Origin: Candidatus Latescibacterota bacterium
GTDB lineage: Bacteria > Latescibacterota > UBA2968 > GCA-2709665
Direction: 5' to 3'
Assembly: GCA_965203805.1 (NCBI GenBank)
Contig: OZ241917.1
Location: forward strand, 1,504,001 to 1,568,000
Length of the DNA: 64,000 nucleotides
The position numbers and the translations under genes are program-made. This document shows, one piece after another, positions 50,756 through 60,956 of this stretch. The notes below the pieces were generated by a model. The model was not told where the DNA came from and ran no database searches. It saw only the letters and a program-made list of their open reading frames with translations. Each line of letters begins with the position of its first letter. Within the stretch, counting starts at the first letter, position 1.

Positions 50756-51595
50756 TTAGATCTTGTCGGCAACATTCAATCCGTTCCGGGCGACGGTATG
50801 CTCCTTGACGATCGTCCTGTCTGAATGAAGGGTGACAAAGTTGAAACAAGGCGGGTGCGCATCGTCAAAATCCAATTCCTGTTCATCTGGCCAATAGTTG
50901 AGTTGGCAAAAGGTGCTGCCTACACTGATGTATGCGATGCCGTCCTTGTGGATATGGGTCCCTCGATGAACATGACCGAAGAACACGCCTCGCAGACGAT
51001 CTCTTGCCGGTAACAGCGCCTCGTGCAGTTCATGGCCGTTAAGCATGCCCACGTCCCTGGAGTACCACCTGGAATCCAGATCGTGGGGCGAGTGATGAAT
51101 GAACACAGTCAGTGAACCGTTCTGTCGGCAAACTTCCGTTCGAACAAAATCAAGCTGATCGTCAGATACATTGCCAAAGTGTCCGACCTCTTCAAATGGC
51201 TGCTTGGTATCCAGCACCAGAAACCGTTCGTCCTGATACGCAAATCGATAGCAGTTCAGGTCCGAGTTGGACAGCGCGTCCTCTTTGGGACCCATTGCCA
51301 GATGCTTGCGCATATATTGGCGGATGTCATGGTTTCCTGTAACAAAGTAGATCGGGACGTTGATTTGAGAGAATGCCTCCGCAGCCAATTCGTAGGCGAC
51401 CTCTGTCTCGTGATTTGCGACGTCCCCGGTATGAATCACAAACCGGGGAGCCGTCGGCAGGCCGTTTATGGCTTCAGCGACCCGCGAAAGATTGCCAAAT
51501 GGGTTGTTGCCGAATGCGACCCAATCTCTCTTGTGCCCTAAGTGAGTGTCACTGATGTGGACAAAATGCAGTGGATCGGCCATGTCTTCCTCCAT
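50756..51595 (-). CDS. CpdA/Icc-like metallophosphoesterase
   Basis: SDTH, TGD, GNHD, HH, GHVH. Confidence 0.92.
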   Translation of the reverse strand: MEEDMADPLHFVHISDTHLGHKRDWVAFGNNPFGNLSRVAEAINGLPTAPRFVIHTGDVANHETEVAYELAAEAFSQINVPIYFVTGNHDIRQYMRKHLAMGPKEDALSNSDLNCYRFAYQDERFLVLDTKQPFEEVGHFGNVSDDQLDFVRTEVCRQNGSLTVFIHHSPHDLDSRWYSRDVGMLNGHELHEALLPARDRLRGVFFGHVHRGTHIHKDGIAYISVGSTFCQLNYWPDEQELDFDDAHPPCFNFVTLHSDRTIVKEHTVARNGLNVADKI

Positions 51596-51680
51596 TACCG
51601 GTAGTTGGGATCCGTTGACCTGTCTATGCCGGCGCGCTACGATCCGGGTTTCCGGAGATCGCGCAGGAATCGCCCCGGTC

Positions 51681-52772
51681 TCAGAGCGCTGCGGTCGTCT
51701 CTTTCAACGACCGGAGCAGCCGTCTTACTTCGGATCCATATGAAGGTCCCCCGTTTCCGATGGCCTTTCGCGCGGTTATTGTCCAAATGAGTTCCTGAAG
51801 GCTGTAAAGGAGATGGACCGATTCCCACGTCGGCCCATCAAGTCCCCTCGTCCGCAGGTACTCGCCCCAAAAAGCCTCTCGGAACGCCGAAAAATCGCTT
51901 CGGTATCGCCAAAGCTCCTCTCCCCACTCTCCGAAGTTGAACTCGAGGACCGGATTTCCGATACCCGCGTTTCCCCAATCCAGGATTCCGGTGACTTTCA
52001 GGTCCACGTCTGATCGGACCAGAATCTGGTCCTCGTGGATATCCCCATGGAGTACCACGTCTTCCATCTCGGCAAGCGCTCCAAATGCCCGCTGCCATTT
52101 TTCGTAACTCGCTACGGAATTCAACGCTCCGAATTCCTCCGTGCTGCCCTCGGCAGCCAATTCCCGGATCGACGAAGCAACTGAATCCGGTGCGTTTCCG
52201 AGCGAACCCGATTGGAGTGCTCCGTAAAGCCATCGATACGAGTCGCCATGATCGCCGTCGAGGTCGTGAGACTGTGGTTTCAGGAAGGCAGTTTCGGGAC
52301 CCAACGGCAGGTTGTGCCAGATTCCGGCGAGCCGTCCGACGGCGCAAATCACATTTCCATAGTCGGTCGTACTGCACGCATGTTCGATTCTCCCGAGCAG
52401 CACCCCCTGCAGACGCGTGACAACGCCGAACCGGTACGGGCTTATCTCGCGGTTTTCGACCAATTCGACAAGCCTGGGAACCGGCAATCCGTCCAGTCCG
52501 CTCAACAGTTCATATACTGCCAACTCCAAATTCAGCGAAGACTGGTACCTGGGATGCCTCGGAAACAGAAACGCGTGATCCCGGGACTTGATCACGTGCT
52601 TGGACCATCCGGTAAAGTCGGTTTCGAGCTCAACGGGTGTCAGCCCGAACGCTTCACAGAAGCGATCGAGTTGAGGCCTGATCAATATGGCTTCGAGTGC
52701 ATTAGAGTCTGCCACGATGCAGTGATCCCGGAACGTACGCCCTATGCTGATTCTATGGGACGTCTTTCCCAA
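51681..52772 (-). CDS. Aminoglycoside phosphotransferase (APH-fold) family protein
   Basis: PVPRL, LHGDIH, ILDWG. Confidence 0.85.
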   Translation of the reverse strand: MGKTSHRISIGRTFRDHCIVADSNALEAILIRPQLDRFCEAFGLTPVELETDFTGWSKHVIKSRDHAFLFPRHPRYQSSLNLELAVYELLSGLDGLPVPRLVELVENREISPYRFGVVTRLQGVLLGRIEHACSTTDYGNVICAVGRLAGIWHNLPLGPETAFLKPQSHDLDGDHGDSYRWLYGALQSGSLGNAPDSVASSIRELAAEGSTEEFGALNSVASYEKWQRAFGALAEMEDVVLHGDIHEDQILVRSDVDLKVTGILDWGNAGIGNPVLEFNFGEWGEELWRYRSDFSAFREAFWGEYLRTRGLDGPTWESVHLLYSLQELIWTITARKAIGNGGPSYGSEVRRLLRSLKETTAAL

Positions 52773-52916
52773 ACCAATGTGTTATGCCTCGTTTTACTTC
52801 CCCACGACAAGAAGAATGTGGCTGCTGGCGCCCAGGAGAGAACGGTCTCGATCCGTTCGCTGTCCAGCAGATACAATCGGCGAATGCGCCACGGTTTGAC
52901 TCGTTTGGAGGCCATA

Positions 52917-53309
52917 TCAGACCTGAACATCGGCATAGAAGTTGATGATATTTCGATCCGGATCGCGGAACCACACGGACCGACGGCCCCACGGCTGGGT
53001 TGCGGGAGGTTTGACGATCTCGATGTTCATGGCCTTCAATCGTCTGAATTCACGGTCAACGTCGTCTACTTCAAATTCGATCGTATAGCTACCGGTACCA
53101 GCACCTTTTAGGCATCCAGGCGCCATTTTCTCCGTGCGTTCCGAGGAGTAGATGGACAGAACCGCACCCTCCGTCGGGATGATCTCGAAGATATTCGCCT
53201 CTTCAGGCTCGAGTTCCAGGATTTCCCTGTAGAACGCGCAGAGACGAGGCACGTTTTCTGTCACAATGCAAATGCCATTGAACCGCATGGTTAGCCCCCG
53301 CAAGTCCAC
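52917..53309 (-). CDS. VOC family protein
   Basis: PWGRRSVWFRDPD. Confidence 0.9.
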   Translation of the reverse strand: MDLRGLTMRFNGICIVTENVPRLCAFYREILELEPEEANIFEIIPTEGAVLSIYSSERTEKMAPGCLKGAGTGSYTIEFEVDDVDREFRRLKAMNIEIVKPPATQPWGRRSVWFRDPDRNIINFYADVQV

Positions 53310-53372
53310 GTGGGATTATCACTCGCACGTCGCCACCGTCGCACATGCCCCCGCATAAGGAAAACATGATGG

Positions 53373-54197
53373 TCACGTGTTAATCTCCGGTCCCCAATCG
53401 GCGGCGAAGTCATTGGCCGAACTGTTGGATAGATTGACCAGGTTCCGACCGTCAAAATCGATCCGGTAGATCTGCTGGCGGCCGTCTTCGTGGCCTGTAA
53501 AGACGATCTGTCGGCCGGTCGGAGACCAGGAGAGTTCTCCTACGCCCGTTACCCGGTCAGTGAGGCGTCTGGGATCCGATCCGTCAGCCTTCATGACGTA
53601 GACCTGCCGTTCACCGGCGCGGTCAGAGTTGAAGGCAATCCACTTTCCGTCCGGCGACCAGACAGGGTCACCGTCGTCGCTATCTGAAACGTGCAGGCGT
53701 CGCTGCGCGCTTCCGTCCGGGTCCATCACGTAAATCTGGGAGCGTCCATCACGGTCCGTGGTGAACGCGATCTGAGAGCCGTCGGGAGAAAAGGTGGATT
53801 CCAGTTCGCACGCCGAATGATTCGTCAGGTTCCTCTGGTGGGAGCCGTCGCTGTCCATCGTGTAGATTTCCACATTGTCGTCTCGATCGGTGGTAAAGAT
53901 GATCGTCTCCCCGTCCGGCGACCAGTGCGGCCGGAGATCCGGTGCCGCATTCCGGGTCAGTCGCTCCGGCCGGCTCCCGTCCGCGTCGATCAGGTAGATT
54001 TCCCCTTTCCCGTGACGCCTGTCGCAATACGCGATCCGCGTGCCGTCCGGCGACCATCGCGGATGATCTTCCTCCCATTCCGCGGTACGGGTGATATTCG
54101 TCTGATCACTTCCATCCGGATTCATTACGAAGAGATCGAAGGTCCCATCCCTATCGCTGACAAACGTGATCTTCGATGAATTCATGACGGCGCCCAC
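53373..54197 (-). CDS. TolB-like PD40-repeat beta-propeller
   Basis: Repeated WSPDG..IAF..DRDG. Confidence 0.92.
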   Translation of the reverse strand: MGAVMNSSKITFVSDRDGTFDLFVMNPDGSDQTNITRTAEWEEDHPRWSPDGTRIAYCDRRHGKGEIYLIDADGSRPERLTRNAAPDLRPHWSPDGETIIFTTDRDDNVEIYTMDSDGSHQRNLTNHSACELESTFSPDGSQIAFTTDRDGRSQIYVMDPDGSAQRRLHVSDSDDGDPVWSPDGKWIAFNSDRAGERQVYVMKADGSDPRRLTDRVTGVGELSWSPTGRQIVFTGHEDGRQQIYRIDFDGRNLVNLSNSSANDFAADWGPEINT

Positions 54198-54218
54198 GTC
54201 GACTGGTTGGGTTTTGGG

Positions 54219-55605
54219 GAGATATTGTCAAATGTTGTGGATGGCGGCGAGCGTATCCTGATGGATCAGGCGGCGGCTTTGACGTCTCCATCCTCGAATT
54301 CGACGCCCTGGACCACGAGTTCAATGAGCTTGTGACTGTGTAATCGTTGCCAGTGTTTCTGGGCTTGGTCGGCCAGTTTGTAAACCATCATCAACGTGGC
54401 GTTTCGAGAGCCGCATCCTTTGGTCTGGCGCGTGCGGTGGCGAACGGTGCTGAAAGTGGATTCAATGGGATTGGTGGACCGGAGGTGTCGCCAGTGAGCG
54501 GCCGGGAAATCGTAAAAGGTGAACAGCACGTCCTTGTCTTTTTCCAGGCACGCACACGCTTTGGGGTATTTGGCTTCATAAAGGGACAGAAAGTCCTCGT
54601 AAGCGGCCAGGGCATCCTCTCTGGTGGGTGAGAGATACATCTCGTGGAGGCGCCCTTTGGCCTGCGCCTGGACCGTTTTGGGGAGGTTATCCAGCACGTT
54701 GGCACTCTTGTGCACCCAGCAGCGCTGATGGCTTGTCTCGGGGAAGACTTCCTCCAGCGCGGCCCAGAAACCCAGGCCGCCATCGCCAATGGCCAGGGCA
54801 GGCGCTTCTTTCAACCCTCTTCTTTTCAGGTCCCTGAGCACACCTTCCCAGGACAGCTTGCTTTCACGATGTCCATCCTCGATCGCCAACAGTTCCTTAC
54901 GGCCATCCTTCGTGGCACCGATGATGACTAAGACGCAGGGCCGGTCCGGTTCCAGTCGCACCTGGAAATAGATGCCATCGGCCCAGACATACACGTAGTG
55001 TTTATCTGAAAGATCCCGTTGTTGCCACGCTCGATATTCTTCGTCCCAGATCTGCTTGAGCCGAACGATGTTGGCCGGTGACAGCCCCACCGCATTCTCA
55101 CCCAAAATCGCAGAAAGTGCCTCGGGGAAGGACGACGTCGAGACCCCCTTGAGATACAGTGCCGGAATCAACGCATCGATAGAGGGTGCCCGACGCATAT
55201 ATCTCGGCAAAATGGCTGAGCTGAATGTCTTTCCCTTACGCCTGTCGTGCACACGCGGCTGCCGGATCTCAAGGTGTCCTACGCCCGTGATCAGTTCCCG
55301 TGGCTTGTGAGATCCATTCCTGACCACTTGCCGGTGACCACGTTCATCCTTCTCCGCTTGCAACCCTTCAACGTAGGCGTCCACTTCAAACTCCAACGCG
55401 GCTTGCAGCATCCGCCTGGCCCCAACACGAATCAGATCTTCCAGGCTCAACGTCACTTCATCTTTGACTATCGTCTCAACTTCGGAGGCCGTATATTGTC
55501 TCATCGAGCGTATCCTTCCTCCCTCGTCTGAGGGATCTCGGGTTAATAGTGATACTATAGGATACGCTCTTTTTTTACCTCATCCACAACTTTTGAATAT
55601 AACTC
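54219..55605 (-). mobile_element. IS256-family insertion sequence, 1387 bp
   Basis: Imperfect TIRs GAGATATTGTCAAATGTTGTGGATG / CATCCACAACTTTTGAATATAACTC; 8-bp TSD GTTTTGGG. Confidence 0.95.
54266..55504 (-). CDS. IS256 transposase, intact
   Basis: WADG, IGDG, QRCWVH, STNPIES. Confidence 0.95.
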   Translation of the reverse strand: MRQYTASEVETIVKDEVTLSLEDLIRVGARRMLQAALEFEVDAYVEGLQAEKDERGHRQVVRNGSHKPRELITGVGHLEIRQPRVHDRRKGKTFSSAILPRYMRRAPSIDALIPALYLKGVSTSSFPEALSAILGENAVGLSPANIVRLKQIWDEEYRAWQQRDLSDKHYVYVWADGIYFQVRLEPDRPCVLVIIGATKDGRKELLAIEDGHRESKLSWEGVLRDLKRRGLKEAPALAIGDGGLGFWAALEEVFPETSHQRCWVHKSANVLDNLPKTVQAQAKGRLHEMYLSPTREDALAAYEDFLSLYEAKYPKACACLEKDKDVLFTFYDFPAAHWRHLRSTNPIESTFSTVRHRTRQTKGCGSRNATLMMVYKLADQAQKHWQRLHSHKLIELVVQGVEFEDGDVKAAA

Positions 55606-55994
55606 GTTTTGGGTTCAAGCTGATTAGTGAACGCTGATAGCTGCTCTTGCTCCGCTTCCTCCCCTCTCCCCTTGGGAGATGGGGCTGGGGGGTGAGGGTC
55701 ACCACTTCGCACCAGACGAATCCAATGCCGAATCGAGACATGATGCAATAAGAACGTGATATAAATTATCGCAACACAGGAATCTATGGTGGATTATTCA
55801 CGAAAACCCTGGTTTTGATGTATAACGGGTTGTTTTTCAATAGATTCTGCGAAATATTACGCGTCAGCATTTCATGAATTACGAAATTGATTGGTCAGGG
55901 AGATGTTTTGTAGCCCACCGAGGTAAGGATCCATCGGTTTGGCCCGGAATCGTGAGCATTTGTCCTGTTCTTGGTCTTTATCCTGTTCATCCTG

Positions 55995-56021
55995 CCTGCC
56001 TCGCCTGCTTCAGCAGGCAGG
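55995..56021. repeat. Hairpin element variant, 27 bp, inside an ATCCTG-type repeat
   Basis: CCTGCCTCGCCTGCTTCAGCAGGCAGG; absent from the homologous repeat at 46461-46519. Confidence 0.88.
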
Positions 56022-56050
56022 TCCATCCATGTAAGTTCATGTTTAGTGAA

Positions 56051-56740
56051 TTATGCAGGCGATATGTCATATTTCCTCAGGACGAGAAGCTTGTCTTCCT
56101 GCGCCGCCTCCAGGATAAAGTCGAACCGGTCCGCATCCAGACACATTTCAACGTCTCGTGGATTTATGCCCGGGTAGCCCTCTGCCGCTGCCTGACGAAT
56201 ATCGTCTGCAGCCCCGGACTCGGCGGCTCTCCGGATATACGGCGCAGGATCGGTCCGCGGGTCCCGAATGAGCGCATCGATGTATTGGGCGCATGCCAGG
56301 TCCTCTTCAGCCGTACCGTCCTCTCCGGTCACGACATAGGTCAACTCCATCGGCGCCAGTTCGCGCAATCTGTGAGCGACAGCCGATGCGCAGACGAAAC
56401 CCGTGCAGATCAGTGGCTTGCAGTGGCGTACGGCAACCGCGCCTATTGTGCCGGCAGTCGTACGTTGGACGATGGTTTTCCCGCGAATGTCCGCTTCCTG
56501 CAAGTCCGCGGGTGAATTGTATAAATCGAAACCTTCTGCCGGCGCGCCGTCCTTCAATGCCACGGACCCAGGAATCCGCGCCTTGATTTCAAGAGCTTCC
56601 TCGAGGTCGTCAACCAGAATCATCCTCGACGCGCCCATGTGCAAGGCCCATGCGGCAACGGTATACGCCCGCATTACGTCGATAACAACTGCCGCGCCGG
56701 AGACAGACTCACACTCTCCGATGCCTACAAATCTTGCCAT
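56051..56740 (-). CDS. 2-phosphosulfolactate phosphatase (ComB family)
   Basis: VVIDVMRA, NSP, TTAGT, EDLACA. Confidence 0.88.
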   Translation of the reverse strand: MARFVGIGECESVSGAAVVIDVMRAYTVAAWALHMGASRMILVDDLEEALEIKARIPGSVALKDGAPAEGFDLYNSPADLQEADIRGKTIVQRTTAGTIGAVAVRHCKPLICTGFVCASAVAHRLRELAPMELTYVVTGEDGTAEEDLACAQYIDALIRDPRTDPAPYIRRAAESGAADDIRQAAAEGYPGINPRDVEMCLDADRFDFILEAAQEDKLLVLRKYDISPA

Positions 56741-56785
56741 GGAATTTCCGCCTCACTTTTCGCTTGGGTTGCTATTGGATTGAAA

Positions 56786-57589
56786 TTAACCGCGCTCCGG
56801 ATACGGATTCTCGGTGAGCTTGATTCCCCCGACCCAGGTCGTGTGGTGTGTGGTCACGATTTCACCCGATGAGGTCGTATTGCGTTCAGCGAACAGTTTG
56901 AGGCGAGGGTCATCATGGCCGGGAAGCGATCCTCCGGCCCAGGCCCAGATGGAACACTGGAACTGAAGCCATTCGTAGATATCCGGATAGATCCTTTTCT
57001 CAATGACGTCGGCCGCGAAACGAATCCCTACACCGCTCCTTTCCATTGAGACGCGCATCTGGTCCTGAACGGTGATCGTCTGGGATAGCCGCGCGCCATC
57101 ACCGAAAACGTCCTTCACCTCCTGATGGTGCAGCTCTCCGATCAGTTCACAGAAGATAAGACCGCCGGGCTTCAGGACACGCAGTGCGGCCTGTACACCG
57201 TAGGTGTCGTACCCGATGGGCGCGCGTTCGGAGTAGACGAAGTCGAACGATTCCGGCTCCAGGGAGTCGCTCTCTGCAAGGAAATCGAGACGCCTGAATT
57301 CAACGTTCTGCGCATCACTTTTTCTCAGGGCGTTCTCGGCCAGTTCTATGTGTTTGGGGTCGTTTTCGACACCGAGAGCCGAGTCAAAGCGTACGGCATT
57401 CTGCAGTAGCGTTCCGCCGTTCCCGCATCCAATGTCCAGCACCCGCATCTCCGGGCGAAATTGCGAAGCGATAATTTCCGTTGCCCGGGGCGCAATGTCC
57501 GAATCAGTGCGGTACTTCGCCGGTCGCGAACCGTAGTAAAAGTGTTCCAGATTCAGAATCGACTTCAGGCGGTCTTCGTCAAGTTCCAC
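56786..57589 (-). CDS. Class I SAM-dependent methyltransferase
   Basis: VLDIGCGNG, LKPGG. Confidence 0.9.
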   Translation of the reverse strand: MELDEDRLKSILNLEHFYYGSRPAKYRTDSDIAPRATEIIASQFRPEMRVLDIGCGNGGTLLQNAVRFDSALGVENDPKHIELAENALRKSDAQNVEFRRLDFLAESDSLEPESFDFVYSERAPIGYDTYGVQAALRVLKPGGLIFCELIGELHHQEVKDVFGDGARLSQTITVQDQMRVSMERSGVGIRFAADVIEKRIYPDIYEWLQFQCSIWAWAGGSLPGHDDPRLKLFAERNTTSSGEIVTTHHTTWVGGIKLTENPYPERG

Positions 57590-57676
57590 AAATCGAATCT
57601 CCGATCGGGTCGAGATGCGCTGAAGCGGGAAGACGTGCCCAGGCTTTGAGCCGCATGCTACATCAAAAATACCTGA

Positions 57677-58339
57677 TTACGGCCGCGCGCCTCTGACGGC
57701 AAAGAAAAACGGATGGACCTCTTCCGCAGTATCGGCACTTGTAAGCCCTGCGCCCACGACACCATCCTGTTCGATCTCAAATCCGGTCTCGGCAAGGATC
57801 ATTCTGTAGGTATCGGGACCAAAATTGCTCCAGTACATCGTCTCGCCGAGGAAGTCATCTTCGGTATAGCCAGGACCGTCGTCATGCCTGGCAACCGTAA
57901 CCAGGAGGAGACCACCGGGTCGAAGCCACCGGAAAAATCGACAGAAGAGTTCCCGATGCTTCTGCCTGGGGATATGGAAGATGGCGTAGAAGCTGACAAT
58001 TGCATCGAAGCCGGCTGCCGGGAAGTCAGCCTCCATAACGTCGGCGGTGAGGAATCTGCCCGATGGGACGTTTTTCCCGGCCAGAGCGATCATGCTTGAA
58101 GAGACGTCGATCCCCGTAACGTCAAACCTCTTCGCAAGGTGGCGCGCGACCGGTACGCCGGCGCCGCAGCCGACGTCAAGGATCCTTGAACCGGGCTTCA
58201 GACGTTCAGAGATCAAATTGAGCTCCGCCTCGGCCGTGGTGCGCCGCTGCTCCGCGTAGCCCTTCGCACACCGGTCGTAGGCTGCCCTCACGAGCTCTCG
58301 ATAATCGACGTCGGGGTCGTCAGCAATCTTGAACGGCAT
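57677..58339 (-). CDS. Class I SAM-dependent methyltransferase
   Basis: ILDVGCGAG, WLRPGG. Confidence 0.92.
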   Translation of the reverse strand: MPFKIADDPDVDYRELVRAAYDRCAKGYAEQRRTTAEAELNLISERLKPGSRILDVGCGAGVPVARHLAKRFDVTGIDVSSSMIALAGKNVPSGRFLTADVMEADFPAAGFDAIVSFYAIFHIPRQKHRELFCRFFRWLRPGGLLLVTVARHDDGPGYTEDDFLGETMYWSNFGPDTYRMILAETGFEIEQDGVVGAGLTSADTAEEVHPFFFAVRGARP

Positions 58340-58468
58340 GATACCACTTCCTGGACGGGGTCAACCCTTCAACGAGATTTCACGAAGTGATGGATTCGCT
58401 CCCCCAGTATACCCGGCAATAGGACCTACAATATACACAGAAAACCGGCGGTAGTGTTCTTATCCCCA

Positions 58469-60838
58469 CTATTCTTCCCGAAGGGCGTTTGCGGGATTCA
58501 TCAGGGATGTCCGGTAGGCCTGTCCTCCTGCAATCAAGATGACGATCGACGTCGTCAGCAGGGTGGCATAAACGAACACATCCACGCCAATCTGAATACG
58601 ATAAGCAAATCCCTGAAGCCACAGTGTCAGTACATAGTAGGCGACAGGACAGGCCGCCAGAGCACCAATAATACCCAGGAATGCAAACTTCCGCACGTAC
58701 CGTGCCGCCACCGGCCATTCCGATGCCCCCACGACTTTCCGGATACCAATATCCCTGGTTTCTTGTTCAACCATCAGCCTGACAAGACCCAGCAGTCCGA
58801 GGCCCGACAGGAACAGGACAAGAAAGACACATATGCTTACGATCTGAGTTAACGCCCGTTCGTTCCTGTATAATCGTTCGATCCTATCGACCAGAAAGCC
58901 GCTGTTGGTCGGAAAGGCAGTCCGAGGCGCAACTTTCGACCATGTCCGATGTATCCACTCGACGGCATCGTCTACACCGTCCGGATGGATTCTCACCAGT
59001 ATACCGGAACCGCTTTCTGTTAAAAAAATCCCAAGCGGTTCAATCGGGTTGTGGAGCGACATAAAGTGGTAATCTCTGACAACACCCACAACCGTCCTGC
59101 GTTTACCCCACCAACTGATCTCTTCCCCGATCGGCGCCTCCAACCCGAGTAGCCTGACGGCCGTTTCGTTAAGGAGGCAGGTGCGCTCAACTTCATGCAG
59201 GGTTGTAAAATTCCGGCCTCGACTGAGTGCAATGCCCAACGTCTGCAGATAGTCGATGCTTGCCGCGAGACTGCGAATGGAGACGCCGCCCGTAATGGAA
59301 CGACCCCTGGCGGTATAGCTCCTCAGATTGCCGCCGGGGATGCCGCCCGATGCAACATTCAGAATAGATGGTGAATCCTTCAGCTCCCGTTCGATCGTGA
59401 GACGCTGAGACGCCGACAGCCCCGGCGTTGAAAAATAGAAGACATCCTCCAGAGAATAACCGAGTTTCTTTTTGTCAATATGGTCCATCTGCAGAAAGAC
59501 AACTGCGGCACTTGACAGGAAGAACGTGGAAACCGCAAATTGCAGCGGCAACAGGATCTGTTGCAGCCACTTCGCGGTGTCGAATTTCAACTGACCCTTT
59601 ACAACCTGGGTCGGCTGTATCCCGGATACCCATCGGGCGGAAGTACCCCCGATCGCGATCCCTGCAACGAGAACGAGCGCAAGCAGTGTCAACACGATGA
59701 ATGAAATCCGGCCGGATGCTGAATACACCTCGTAAAATACCATGCCATTCAAGTAAGGGAAGCAGAGGTAAGCAATTCCGACACCGGCCAGTACCGATAC
59801 TGAAGATATCGCAAACGACTCCACCAGAATCTGGAATGCCAGTTCGGACCGCGTTGCCCCGATAACCTTTCTGATTCCGAATTCCCTGGCGCGCGACAGA
59901 TATGCTGCCGCATTTAGATTGAAGACATTCAGACATGCACCGATCAATACGAGAACGGCGGCAATCAGGAAGACGTAGACATAGGCAGATTGGCGGAGCA
60001 TTGCATTCGCTGAAAACTGTTGATTTGCCGGCGACTCGAGATGGAGATCGGTTAACGATTGAAGAGAAAGTTGGAACCGTTGTGCGTCTTTCCGTCCGTA
60101 AAACCTCTGAATGAAGTCGCGCTCCTGCACTTCGAAATTCTCATTGGTGTAGCCTTTCGCCAGCAGCACGTACGTATAGACGGACATCCAGCCCTTTGAA
60201 TCCAGATAGTTCGAGAGGTGGTTCGTTACCGTATTGATCGAGAACAGGTAATCGAATGAAAGATGCGAATTCCGCGGAATGTCTCTTAAAATGCCGGTTA
60301 CCGTCAGGAAATACGCTTTGCCCTTGAATTCGCCCGCTTTAACGACCTTTCCCATGGGATCTTCATCCCCGAACAACTTTTTGGCCAGGGACTCCGTAAT
60401 CACGATTGAATTGGGTTTCTCAAGGGCGATCCGGGGGTCTCCTTCGACAAGTGGAAACGTGAACAAATCGAAGACATTGGCGTCAACGCAGTAACCCGAC
60501 GCACGGTACTGACGTTCGCGGGTTTGAATGACTCTGTTGAATCTGAAGAAACGTACGTAATCGAGAATATACGGGTAGTCGCCCGCGAGACGCGGCCCCA
60601 TGAACCAGGCAGACTGTTGCCAGATACGTTCACCGTTTTCGAATTGCTGGCGTACTGTCAGACGATATATCCGTTCGGCATTTTCGTGAAATCGATCATG
60701 GCTGAATTCGTGCCGGACGTAGACGGCAATCATCAACGTCGCGGCAACGCCGATCGCCAGCGCCAGGACGATTGTCGCAGAAATGAATTTGCGCCCCATT
60801 AGATGGCGCGCAGTGATTTTGAGATGGTGTTTGAGCAA
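58469..60838 (-). CDS. ABC transporter permease, duplicated MacB-PCD/FtsX architecture
   Basis: EFGIRKVIGA, DIGIRKVVGAS, NPANALREE. Confidence 0.92.
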   Translation of the reverse strand: MLKHHLKITARHLMGRKFISATIVLALAIGVAATLMIAVYVRHEFSHDRFHENAERIYRLTVRQQFENGERIWQQSAWFMGPRLAGDYPYILDYVRFFRFNRVIQTRERQYRASGYCVDANVFDLFTFPLVEGDPRIALEKPNSIVITESLAKKLFGDEDPMGKVVKAGEFKGKAYFLTVTGILRDIPRNSHLSFDYLFSINTVTNHLSNYLDSKGWMSVYTYVLLAKGYTNENFEVQERDFIQRFYGRKDAQRFQLSLQSLTDLHLESPANQQFSANAMLRQSAYVYVFLIAAVLVLIGACLNVFNLNAAAYLSRAREFGIRKVIGATRSELAFQILVESFAISSVSVLAGVGIAYLCFPYLNGMVFYEVYSASGRISFIVLTLLALVLVAGIAIGGTSARWVSGIQPTQVVKGQLKFDTAKWLQQILLPLQFAVSTFFLSSAAVVFLQMDHIDKKKLGYSLEDVFYFSTPGLSASQRLTIERELKDSPSILNVASGGIPGGNLRSYTARGRSITGGVSIRSLAASIDYLQTLGIALSRGRNFTTLHEVERTCLLNETAVRLLGLEAPIGEEISWWGKRRTVVGVVRDYHFMSLHNPIEPLGIFLTESGSGILVRIHPDGVDDAVEWIHRTWSKVAPRTAFPTNSGFLVDRIERLYRNERALTQIVSICVFLVLFLSGLGLLGLVRLMVEQETRDIGIRKVVGASEWPVAARYVRKFAFLGIIGALAACPVAYYVLTLWLQGFAYRIQIGVDVFVYATLLTTSIVILIAGGQAYRTSLMNPANALREE

Positions 60839-60956
60839 CTGGCGGTTCTTTCAGCCGGGCCTGTGCAGGTTTCTCACAGGCGCCACGGGATTGCGTCACA
60901 ACGTGGAGACGTGTTCGACGCCGTAGCGTGGACGGTGCAGTCAATCGCTCCACACG

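Noticed and set aside
58469-60838. Orphan ABC permease as a novel system
   Set aside because: MacB/FtsX-type permeases often occur in multiple copies sharing an ATPase encoded elsewhere.
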